A stretch of 64,000 bases of DNA. It comes from Mytilus edulis. Lineage: Eukaryota. Position 1 is the stretch's first letter. Each line of letters starts with the position of its first letter. The DNA is taken from assembly GCF_963676685.1 (NCBI RefSeq), contig NC_092350.1, positions 12,896,001-12,960,000 of the forward strand, given 5' to 3'. The position numbers and the translations under genes were made by a program. The notes under the pieces are model-generated. The model had not been told where the DNA came from. It saw only the letters and a program-made list of their open reading frames with translations, and did not search any database. Below are positions 1 to 10,248 of the stretch, piece by piece.

Positions 1-315
1 TACTTTAAGCACTTTTCGATTGTTGCACCTGCATCTGCTCACAATGATTGGTGTACATGGATTTTCGGTATACATATCTATATAATATATATATTTTAAA
101 TTGTTAATCAACCAGCTTTCAACAGTGTCCCAATAAACGTCACATAAGATTTTAAAAAGCCACTTTACATTATAAGCCTCTTATGTTCCCCCTGAATAAA
201 TGTAGGCCTAATATTAAGTAGCAGATATGACATGAAGATTGCTGACAATAGTTTCACATGTCGAAAATATTTATATTATGTTTTACTACAAATGTACTAT
301 ACACTGTTACGGATT

Positions 316-350
<35 letters not shown>

Positions 351-353
<3 letters not shown>

Positions 354-1432
354 CTCGTCTAAACATCAACCCAACAATGTTAGATCTGTAAATTTGCTTT
401 CGCAAATGTTTGGTTCTGCCCTCGCCGGGATTCGAACCCATGCTACTGTGATATCGTGACACCAAATCGCCTGCACTATAGCCGTCCCGCTAGACCACAC
501 GACCACCTGGGCTCTCAAAAAAAGAGCTTTCGCTGGCCGTGTGTTACCTTTCCTCGTCAGTTTTAATCTAGCGGCGTACTACAGTACATGATATATAAGG
601 CATGAAGATGTTATTGTTACAGATCAGCTAAATTATCTATAGTAAAGGATCCTACAAATTAATGTAATATACAGTCACAGAAAATAATTATATTTATAAG
701 TACGTCTGAGTCAGTGACAACTCTACAACAGATGTATCCATCGGATCGCCATCAATGATGGTGATACATGGCTGTGTACATAATGTATATACAACTCGTC
801 TAAACATCAACCCAACAATGTTAGATCTGTAAATTTGCTTTCGCAAATGTTTGGTTCTGCCCTCGCCGGGATTCGAACCCATGCTACTGTGATATCGTGA
901 CACCAAATCGCCTGTACTGTAGCCGTCCCGCTAGACCACACAACCACCTGGGCTCTCAAAAAAAGAGCTTTCGCTGGCCGTGTGTTACCTTTCCTCGTCA
1001 GTTTTAATCTAGCGGCGTACTACAGTAATATATATACAACTCGTCTAAACATCAACCCAACAATGTTAGATCTGTAAATTTGCTTTCGCAAATTTTTGGT
1101 TCTTTTCTCGCCGGGATTCGAACCCATACTACTGTGATATCGTGACACCAAATCGCCTGCACTGCAGCCGTCCCGCTAGACCACACGACCACCTGGGCTC
1201 TCAAAAAAAGAGCTTTCGCTGGCCGTGTGTTACCTTTCCTCGTCAGTTTTAATCTAGCGGCGTACTGCAGTACATGATATATAAGGCATGAAGATGTTAT
1301 TGTTACAGATCAGCTAAATTATATATAGTAAAGGATCCTACAAATTAATGTAATATACAGTCACAGAAAATAATTATATTTATAAGTACGTCTGAGTCAG
1401 TGACAACTCTACAACAGATGTATCCATCGGAT
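351..1432 (-). repeat. Tandem ~440-bp repeat (two near-full copies plus one partial) with a tRNA-like core, flanked by (TA)n
   Basis: Near-identical units start at ~351, ~794 and ~1038. The minus strand has an A-box-like TGGTCGTGTGG and a B-box GGTTCGAATCC inside GCCC...GGGC ends. A diverged, interrupted copy lies at ~26640..27170. Confidence 0.75.
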
Positions 1433-2402
1433 ATATATATATATATATATATGTATGACTGTATAAAAAAAATGAAGACAAGGAATATGTTACACAGCAA
1501 CAAACGACAACCACTGAATTGCTAGCACCTGATTTAGGAAAGAAACATGCATAATTATACTGAAAATAAATATTGTGGTTTTTCCCTTCACCTTATGGTG
1601 TTAAATTTTGAAAAAATACTTATGTTTGATTGATAGCGTCGAAAAACAAAAAAATCATAGAGTTAAACCCAATACCCCTCTTTTTGAAGCTCAAGGATTG
1701 TTCAATATCTTTATTATAATCAAACGGATGTAGGGTAGACTCCACGAAGAGTAATGCCACACTCTTTGCACGTTAAGAGTCCTTGCAACAACTCCGTAGG
1801 TGATATGTTACAAGGCTAAATTTCTGTACCTATCCAATTTACCCTCATATCTCGTGGCAGTCTAAATTTCTGCGACCTTGATACCGGACGCCTCTCTTCC
1901 AGAACCTACATATTGTATTAATTGGTAAATTATGTTCGTCCTATATATGCATAAATTATTTGCATTTGGACGTTAGGCAACCAACAAATTATAAAAAGTA
2001 AAAGAAAAGCATACAATGTAATATGTGTAAATATTAACAGCGACAGATTTTATGAATTTAAGTCAACGGTAACTGATCATAATTTATATCCATTTTTTTC
2101 TTATTCGTTAAAAAAAGACAGTATTCAACCATATTTTGTCCACAATGCTCTTTAACTACGTTCGATATTTAACATTTTAAACCTTTTTGATTCGAGCATC
2201 AATAGTGAATATTTTGTAGACTAAGCGCGAGTTTGTCGATCAAAATTTAAAGCCTAGAATATTTGATGAGTTTCTTTACAGTGCCGATAACGAATATACT
2301 AAAAAGTATAAACGAGTGAACTATAAATGTATCTAAATTTACGGGTTCTACAAACAAAATCACCGTATAATGAGTTTGTATTATCCATTTTGTAATAACA
2401 TT

Positions 2403-2408
2403 TTCCGG
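2403..2408. other. Left target-site duplication TTCCGG
   Basis: Identical hexamer at 26445..26450 directly abuts the other element end. Confidence 0.95.
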
Positions 2409-2856
2409 AGTAGTATATATTGTGTGGCAGCAGCAAATATTTTTGCCACGTTGACAAAAATTTGTTCCCGCTAGCAAAATTGTATAATATATTTGTTGAA
2501 TAATATCAAAATATTGGATTTTAAAATTTGTAGAAATATAAAAGACTGTTTTGATTTTTTCACACGTTGCATTTTGCAGACGTCAAGAAAATTACATAAT
2601 ATAACTGTTGTATAATATTAAATGAAAATTTTGTTTTTTCACTTATAAAAGAATGTTTTGATTTATTTTCCATCGCATTTAACATATAGACAATTTAAAT
2701 TGTTAATATTTTGGATAAAGAAGTTAAAAGTAAAACTGAAAAAATAGAAGATTAAATGACTTCGCGTTGAGAGAAGAAATTTTATAAAACTTTTAAGTTT
2801 CATTTGTAACAAAAAATGAATAAGAATTGAAAATATATTAATTAACCCTAACCCTA
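2409..2856 (+). repeat. Left terminal inverted repeat (55 bp perfect, then imperfect, ending in (TAACCC)2)
   Basis: Reverse complement of 26011..26444: exact for 55 bp, clear similarity for about 150 bp, and similar again at the inner boundary (AATTGAAAATATATTAATTAACCCTAACCC). Confidence 0.85.
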
Positions 2857-3046
2857 GCGTATATTGTAAAAACTATTATTATTATTTATTAAAACAATCC
2901 ATACTCAAACATTAATTAAACCTTATCCATCTACCACTCTTATCCCAACCATATATCACGGAATTAATTACCCCTAATTTATTCCCTAATTAGACTATTG
3001 TTTTTATTTCTCATCCGGGTATTTAATTCCTCAAAATATTTGCAAA

Positions 3047-4388
3047 ATGTCACCCATCAACACCATGTTTATATTCATCATCATTTGTTTCACAATGTCA
3101 GCTGTTTCATGCTCGCATGAATTGAGAGATGTATGCACAGTGGAGGGGGATACTCTCCATTGCAGATGGACTGGAGCAGGGCTCTACAACACCAGAATCC
3201 GACTAGATGTAAAGAAAGTCGTATTCGAAAGATTTTTTGTTGCCGGACAATTGGACCTTGCAAATAATAGAGACCTGCATTCAATTGAGATCAAACAAGG
3301 AAATTCTAAATGCAGCAATGTTTTAGCAGCACCAGAAACAATAACAATTGTTAATGGTATACATTGTGATGTAAGTATATAGGAAATTAGAAAAGAATAA
3401 CAGAATAATAAGAGCTTTAAAGTAATCACGTAGTATTGTCTCTATATGTAAAGTGACTAGAAACAACCTAAACTATGAGCAGATCTTATATATTATTTAT
3501 TAATTTTATTGTGTAAAACATTTCTTACATTATGTATATTTTTTTTTTACAGAATGGAGTCATAGCTTCTACAACAACAACAGCAGCAACAAGAGTAACA
3601 CCAGGATCCACATTGTCAATCGGCACCACTGATAAACAACTGGTAAGCATTTATCTGATATTTTTTTAATTAAAACGTCCGTTTTGTTTTCTATTTTTAT
3701 TAGGAAATACATGTACATGAACGAGTCAATTTGTATTCTCTATAGTATAGTGCTTAAAAACAAATTAAAATGTGAAGGATAAGATTTTTTAATATCAACA
3801 TTTTCATGAAATACATGATTTTATTTCTTTATTTCAGAAGTCAACACCACATGCACAGGAGGAAGACAAGGGTCTAGATAATATTAAGATCATTCTTATA
3901 ATGATTTTTGGTAAGTATCTAAATTTAATTTATTTATTTGATTGACAAACAATATAAAAATAAAATAAATAAATAAAATAAAAATATATACATGTTCTAA
4001 TAAAAACACTTATTTATAAATAAGAAAAAGATGCGGTATGAGTGCCAATGTATTATAGATCAAAGTATGACCTTCAACACAGAGCAAAAGCTCACACCAA
4101 ACAGTAAGCTATAAAGACAATTCAAACAGAAAAACCAATGGTCTAATCTATTTATATATATCAATATATTTTATAATTTTTAAAGTAAGTGACATATTCA
4201 AATTTATCTTTACAGCATCTCTAGCATGTGTTATGCTCTTGTCGCTGATGTTATTTTGCATCTGCAAAAAGAAGAGAACTGCAAAAACCAATTTCCGCCA
4301 ACACCAATTCTCCTTCAATGTCGATGCAGATTCACTATCCGAAATAGAAATTGCAGATTTTGTTAATACACCAAAAAAAACTGTTTAA
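3047..4388 (+). CDS. Spliced type-I membrane protein, 219 aa (exons 3047-3370, 3553-3642, 3838-3910, 4216-4388)
   Basis: GT-AG introns with GTAAG donors and compatible phases (0,0,1). Signal peptide, Cys-containing ectodomain, Thr-rich stalk, TM IILIMIFASLACVMLLSLMLFCIC, KKKR stop-transfer, ~40-aa tail. Confidence 0.85.
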
Positions 4389-4429
4389 GTTAATATCTAT
4401 CTCTGTATTTACTACTTTTTAATTTGTAG

Positions 4430-4596
4430 AATATATCCTCATCGCAATTTATGAAAGGCTTCAAGAAATTATAAATTATTTTTTTCCACCACGTGAAAAT
4501 AACAGACGAGTAGCCCCAGCACAACAACAACCACCAAGAATATTGAGAAGATCAAACAGGATATCTATTCGGCCACAGAGACTAACCTATGATTAA
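4430..4596 (+). CDS. Candidate alternative terminal exon of the membrane-protein gene
   Basis: Pyrimidine-rich tract plus TAG acceptor at 4427-4429; open in phase 1, matching exon 3: EYILIAIYERLQEIINYFFPPRENNRRVAPAQQQPPRILRRSNRISIRPQRLTYD*. Confidence 0.5.
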
Positions 4597-5934
4597 TTTT
4601 CTAAACTTTTAAATTTTATGAAATTTTTTAAATTTTTTTTCTAAATTTTATATTTTTTTTATTTTTTTTTTTCTAAATTTTATAATCTTTTTTCTAAATT
4701 TTATAAACTTATTTATACACTGTTATCTAAATTTTAATAATCACTGATGAGGATGTATTCTACAAATCTACTTATATTATGAAAAATTATATCACCAAAA
4801 CTTTTCAATTTTCTTTCATTTGATTTATTTGGATTAGTTACACTTTATTTTAATTAAAGAAAAGATTTTGATTATACTCGCATTTCTCTACTCTCATTTT
4901 ATTATATTGTAAATAGTAGTATACATGTAGTTTGTTTTTATAAATTCACCTTAGTTTATATGTTTCATGCTCATTCAAACCATAAATTTCATTATAAATC
5001 TATTCTTTTCATTAAATAATCTACTTTCTCTGGTATTAAAGTTCATTATTAATCTATTCCTTTCATTAAATTATTCTTTTTAGTTTTCCATTTACATATG
5101 TTTAGTTTTGTAATAGAAATAAATTAAATTAAAAAACAAATATGATTGGTATTATTGTATATATGTAAATAATATATATATGTATATAATGTTTGGAGAA
5201 CTTTTTGTTTTTATGTTTACTTTATCATCATTTTCATCTTTGGAATTTTTTCATATGAGAATTTACAGCATCCAAATTTAATTACAACATATTATCGCAT
5301 ATTTTATCATATTGTGTTTGCTTAAACTTTTTTTCTTTTGTTTTTATTACTTTTTATAGTGCTATATGATTAAGTTAAACCTAGAGATAAATATATAAAA
5401 ATTCTTGATTTGTAACCGCTGTCATGGTGCTTTCTATAACATGTTTTATGTGAAAAAAATGGTGCATTACAAATGATGTAAGTTTTTTATAACCAAATTT
5501 CATTTGATAGTTCTCTTGTTTATATTATTTACAATTGTTATATAAATAGTGCAGAAAACTTGATTTGTTTTGAAACTTACTATGTTGTTTCATGGAATAA
5601 AGTATTTGTATTTGATATGTGTTAATAAATTAGACTTTTCTTAAACTTTTCCCACTGCATTGCTACCCCAATCAATGTGGATGATTACCAGTTGACACCA
5701 TTTGTATATCATCTAGAAATTTGCAAACAAAAACTTTGCTTAATTAATTTTTATCTACTTTAAATTTATTAATTATAAAAGAAATATGGTTTAATTGCTG
5801 ATGAGACAACTCTTCAAAGAGGTCAAACCACAAGCTTCAATCTCAAATCTTGTCAAGAAAATGAAATATTTACACAGGAAAAAAGAAGCTAGCTGAAAAA
5901 AAAGTCATGAACAAAACAAGATTCACCATTTACA

Positions 5935-6480
5935 ATGATCCAAAGAAAAGAAAAGAGCATATCTAGAAATTTGCAAAACAAAAACTTTGCTTAAAACATT
6001 TTTATCAACTATTAATTATAAAAGATGGTAATCCACAAGCTTCAATCTCAAATCTTATCAAATGAAATATTTACACATGGGAAAAATTAGCTAGCTGCAA
6101 AAAAGTCATGAGCAAAACAATTAACTACGATCCAAAGAAAAGAAAAGAAAAAAGTAGCATGTAGGGGGAAAAATAGAGAGAGAGAGAAAAAGGAGATATG
6201 ATCCACCATTGAAAATATGATCCAAAGAAAAGATGATCCAAAGAAAAGAAAAAAGTCGCTTATGTTCTAACGAAGGAAAAAATAGAGAGAGAGAAAAAGG
6301 AGATAGGATTCACCATTGAAACTATGATCCAAAGAAAAGAAAAAAGGTGTTTTAACGATGAAAAAAATTAGAGCGAGAGAGAGAGAGAAAAAAAAAGGAG
6401 ATAGTAATGAGATGTAAAAATAATCGTCAAAATCCAACTCGATTTACCATTGAAAATATGATCCAAAGAAAAGAAAAGAA
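5935..6480 (+). repeat. Dispersed direct repeats GATCCAAAGAAAAG (~6 copies) with (GA)n tracts
   Basis: Motif recurs at ~5937, 6129, 6219, 6235, 6326 and 6460, upstream of the PC4-like gene. Confidence 0.8.
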
Positions 6481-6944
6481 AATAGGTTTTGTTTTAATGA
6501 AGGAAAAATTATATATAGAGAGAAAAAATAGTAATGAGATGTAAAAAATAACCATCAAAATCCGGTTCGAACAAATCTATAATATATAATTGATCTTAAA
6601 TAAAAACAATCAAAATTTATTGAGTAATGATCACTTTTCAAATTTGAAAGGTGATAAACACTTTATATTTAAACTGATGAACTAAGATTTAATGTAAACA
6701 GAAGGTGTATTATCCAAATACTGCCGCAATATTGGAGATCAATCTGACATGAAAAATCGCGATCGGGACAGATCTACACTGAAATTACATATGAATTAAT
6801 AAAATGGTGTAACATGGATAATGGAAGGTTGGCGAGCCTTTAGGAGTAAATAAGTGTTGGAAACTATTATTCATAATTTAATGAAACGGAAGCTTTATTC
6901 CTTTATTAACGCGGTACACTCAATTCTATCATAAAGCGATAAAA

Positions 6945-7881
6945 ATGATGAACCAGGTTGAGTACATGAGGGGATTTGGTGGAGAAGTAGAGCGGGCTGA
7001 GTTGAATTTTGGAAGAAAGAAGAACATTGCGGTTACACCGTACAAGGGATATGTTTATATCCACATAGGCAGTTTAACAAGTAGCAGAAGCATAACTCTT
7101 GGGACTGATGAGTTTAAAGAGCTATGCAATCTGAAGCCAGTTCTTTTAAAAGCTGAGGCAGAAATAAAAAAACAGGTTAGTGATTTCTAATATTTAGCAG
7201 TAAATATTTACATGAACATATAGCTAAATTATTATCGTTCAGCAGCAAATAGTTGAGCGTGATATATATTTTATTCTCTAAGAAATAGGAGCGATCTACA
7301 AAATTATTTTAAAGTAAGATATTGCGAGTGTTTAATAAAAGCACCAGCTGCAGATGTTTCACCTTATATGTTTTTTCGTAAATTTCACTACTGCTAGTAA
7401 GTACACATAATTTTCAAAGTTATTGAAAGCGAGTAAAAACTATATGATAAACGTTCTAATTATCCTTCAACAGCAAATAATTGAACATAAATATATACTT
7501 TATAGGTTTAATATACAACAAACGTTTTAGTTAAAAGTAAGTTATTGATAGAGAGTATTTACAAGCGGCTTGCGTTCAGCTGCAGATATTTCACTTGTTT
7601 CTGGGTTGATTTCACCACTGTTAGTATTAATTTTCAAAGTTATTGATAGCAAGTAAAAAATGTTTTGATAAACGTTCAGTTGCAGATATTTCAACATTTT
7701 TGTTTCTAGGTAAATTTCTCAACCGCTAATAAATACGAATTTCTTTCCCACAGCAAACGTTGATTTATATGATTTCTTACACGTTCAATTGTTTTTATTA
7801 TATATTAATTTTTTTAGCTGCAAAAACCTAGCAGGAAAAAGAAGGTTATAGTTGTTGAAGAGGAAGAAGAAGAAGAAGAAG

Positions 7882-7913
<32 letters not shown>

Positions 7914-8059
7914 GAAGAAGAAGAAGTAAAAAAAGTTACTTTGAAAAGAAAGGTAAAACAACTTTTGTTTTTTTTTTTCTATGTAAATCAAAATAAGTAG
8001 TTATAATTTTCAAGTTTATGAATTTAAAGTAATTATCCAATTAAATGTACCATAAAAAG

Positions 8060-8090
<31 letters not shown>

Positions 8091-8323
8091 AAACATTGAA
8101 ATAACTTTAAAATTTTAAGATGATTTTCTATATTATGATATTCTTATTTTAGAGAAAGGTGATTGCTATCAGCGATAGCGATGAGGAGGCGGGAGTGTCA
8201 GAGTCGGACGTCAGAAAGGTGATTGTTGCAGCAGAATCTGGCCCGTTCAAGGGGCTAAAGAAGAAAAAGAAAACAGCTGGAGCTGGATTCATACTTTCTG
8301 AAGCAGTTGAAGATGGCGAGTGA
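6945..8323 (+). CDS. Spliced PC4/Sub1-like protein with poly-Glu and SIM-like motifs, 178 aa (exons 6945-7175, 7818-7952, 8153-8323)
   Basis: Exon 1 LNFGRKKNIAVTPYKGYVYIHI...SITLGTDEFKEL resembles the PC4 ssDNA-binding fold. Phase-0 GT-AG introns. Tail contains KVIVVE(n), RKVIAISDSDEE, RKVIVAAES and KKKKK. Confidence 0.75.
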
Positions 8324-8401
8324 AGATAACACCAGTAAGTGATCAAATTTTTATTCTGTTTCTAATATGTTCTTATATACAATAGTTAGGATAGAAATCA
8401 T

Positions 8402-8899
8402 TTATAACTTAGCAACATTTTTCCAATCAAAGATTGATTTATCAATATGTGAAATACTCGCTTTAAGATAAAACCATTGCCTTTGATTTAAAGCGATTTC
8501 ATTTCTAAGAGGATCATTTCTCAATAATACAAACAGTTCACTATTCAATATACATGTATTTACAAAAATATCTTCAGATAAAGCAAAAGTGTCCATTTTA
8601 TTACAAAATAAATCGTTTCCGCTACTGTTTCGTTTAACATCATCAGATATGAATGGAGGATCATTTTCACTGTTTAATGGCCCATTTATTAATATAACTG
8701 CTAGAGTTATCGAACAGAATAACAATCCGACAATTTTCATCTTTGCACCAAGCCAGTGCAGTTGTGGAAACTGGTCACTGATTTCAGCTGTATCCATATT
8801 GATAAAATTGTAATCATGCTCATCTGTCATTTTAAGTGAATATTCTTCCACATTTGCACTACTCAATTCATCCTTTTCATTTATTTTAGAAATCTCCAT
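8402..8899 (-). CDS. Membrane-anchored protein with C-terminal PC4-like domain (first ATG at 8899; ORF-track start is TTG)
   Basis: Hydrophobic KIVGLLFCSITLAVILING; C-terminal FALSEDIFVNTC...IALNQRQWFYLKASISHIDKSI resembles PC4 [20 protein letters not shown]. Confidence 0.6.
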   Translation of the reverse strand: MEISKINEKDELSSANVEEYSLKMTDEHDYNFINMDTAEISDQFPQLHWLGAKMKIVGLLFCSITLAVILINGPLNSENDPPFISDDVKRNSSGNDLFCNKMDTFALSEDIFVNTCILNSELFVLLRNDPLRNEIALNQRQWFYLKASISHIDKSIFDWKNVAKL

Positions 8900-9046
8900 T
8901 ATGAAATCCAATTTCTTAATACAGGTGTCGCACTTTGTTCATTTGTTTTCATGCATGTATCTGTAGATTTATGATGTGAAAACTATTTTACTAGAGTTTA
9001 TGTATCTTATTTATTTCTTTTAGCCAATCAGAACAGAAAAAGGACA

Positions 9047-9481
9047 ATGGGAGAAGAAGTAGAAAAAAAGACACTGAGTGAAAAACGAAAGCGGTCAGCT
9101 CCACCTTCATTAAGAACTTTATCTGTTGCATGTATTTATAATAAATTAACAACAAAATGTGATATTCAAATGAGAGATTTTTTTTGTAAAATTCCCTCAC
9201 CAATTTTAATTATTTTTATGGATTATGCAGACTTTCAATTTGTTTTAAATCCTGGATTTGCCGAATTAGATGTGTTTAATGCTGCCGAGGAAATTTTTGA
9301 TCAAAGATATCAATTAAATAAAATGATAAGGGAATGCAGCCATTTCACATCTGAAGAGATATTCATTCATTTAAAGAACGTCCCAGGGTCTGTTTTAAAT
9401 TCACTCGGACTTTCGTTCAATAGGGAGAACTTTTCCGATATTTTAAGGAAAATATTAAACATGCGATTTTCACGTGTTTAA
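9047..9481 (+). CDS. 144-aa protein with NLS-like KRKR and BC-box/SOCS-box-like motif
   Basis: PPSLRTLSVACIYNKL followed by IPSPI (LPxP-like). Confidence 0.6.
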   Translation: MGEEVEKKTLSEKRKRSAPPSLRTLSVACIYNKLTTKCDIQMRDFFCKIPSPILIIFMDYADFQFVLNPGFAELDVFNAAEEIFDQRYQLNKMIRECSHFTSEEIFIHLKNVPGSVLNSLGLSFNRENFSDILRKILNMRFSRV

Positions 9482-9551
9482 TTTACCAAAGAATATGTCT
9501 CATATATTTTAATCTAAAATTTAAGAAATTTATTTGTAATATTTTCATCGT

Positions 9552-9990
9552 GTTTGAAGGTCTTTTTCCCCATTGCACAATGTATTTCACTGGTGCGTTT
9601 GAAGGTGTAATTCCCCATTTTCATAATTGTGTTTAATTTACCAAAGAATATGTCTCTTATATTTTAATCTAAAATTTATTTGTAATATTTTCATCGTGTT
9701 TGAAGGTGTTATTCCCCATTGTCCAATGTATTTCACTGGTGTGTTTGAAGGTGTTATTCCCCATTTGAAGGTGTTATTCCCCATTGACATAATGTTTGAA
9801 GGTGTTATTCCCCATTGTTCTAATGTTTGAAGGTGCTATTCCCCATTGTTCTAATGTTCGAAGGTGTTATTTCACATTGTCCTATGTTTGAAGGTGTTAT
9901 TCCCCATTGTCCTATTGCCTTAATGTTTGAAGGTGTTATTCCCCATTGTCCTATTGTCATTATGTTTGAAGTTTGTTTGAAGGTCCATTT
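9552..9990 (+). repeat. Array of ~10 copies of GTTTGAAGGTGTTATTCCCCATTG
   Basis: Seen directly; lies between the convergent 3' ends of the 144-aa ORF and pPolB. Confidence 0.9.
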
Positions 9991-10248
9991 GGGTTTTAAA
10001 GTTATGTATTTTCATTGGGGTTTTTAAGTTAAAGTCGCCATTTTACCATGCTACTCCCCATTGCCCTATGTATTTCACTTCCCCAGGTTGATAGCAAACG
10101 GATAAAAACTTAAATATGTTGATATATTTTATTATAAAATCATATATTTATTTACATGAAATAAAATATTATATAATTATTGTACAGTGTGTTTTCTTTT
10201 TCTTGAATTTATTACGGATATGGATTTTTTTTTCAATTTACAATTGTA

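Noticed and set aside
1-76. Next exon of the SABATH-like gene
   Set aside because: A phase-1 frame is open (YMYTENPCTPIIVSR...) but lacks the expected GSFY-like motif, and the acceptor is weak; unresolved.
408-512. Functional tRNA gene
   Set aside because: No canonical anticodon arm discernible; part of a multicopy repeat.
7785-7991. Poly-Phe ORF on the minus strand (also 13898..14092)
   Set aside because: Antisense shadow of the (GAA)n poly-Glu exon.
9552-9990. CRISPR-like array
   Set aside because: Linkers are short, uneven and related to each other; no cas genes; eukaryotic viral context.
9627-10027. FEGVIPH-repeat ORFs
   Set aside because: Non-ATG starts; translation of the DNA repeat array.
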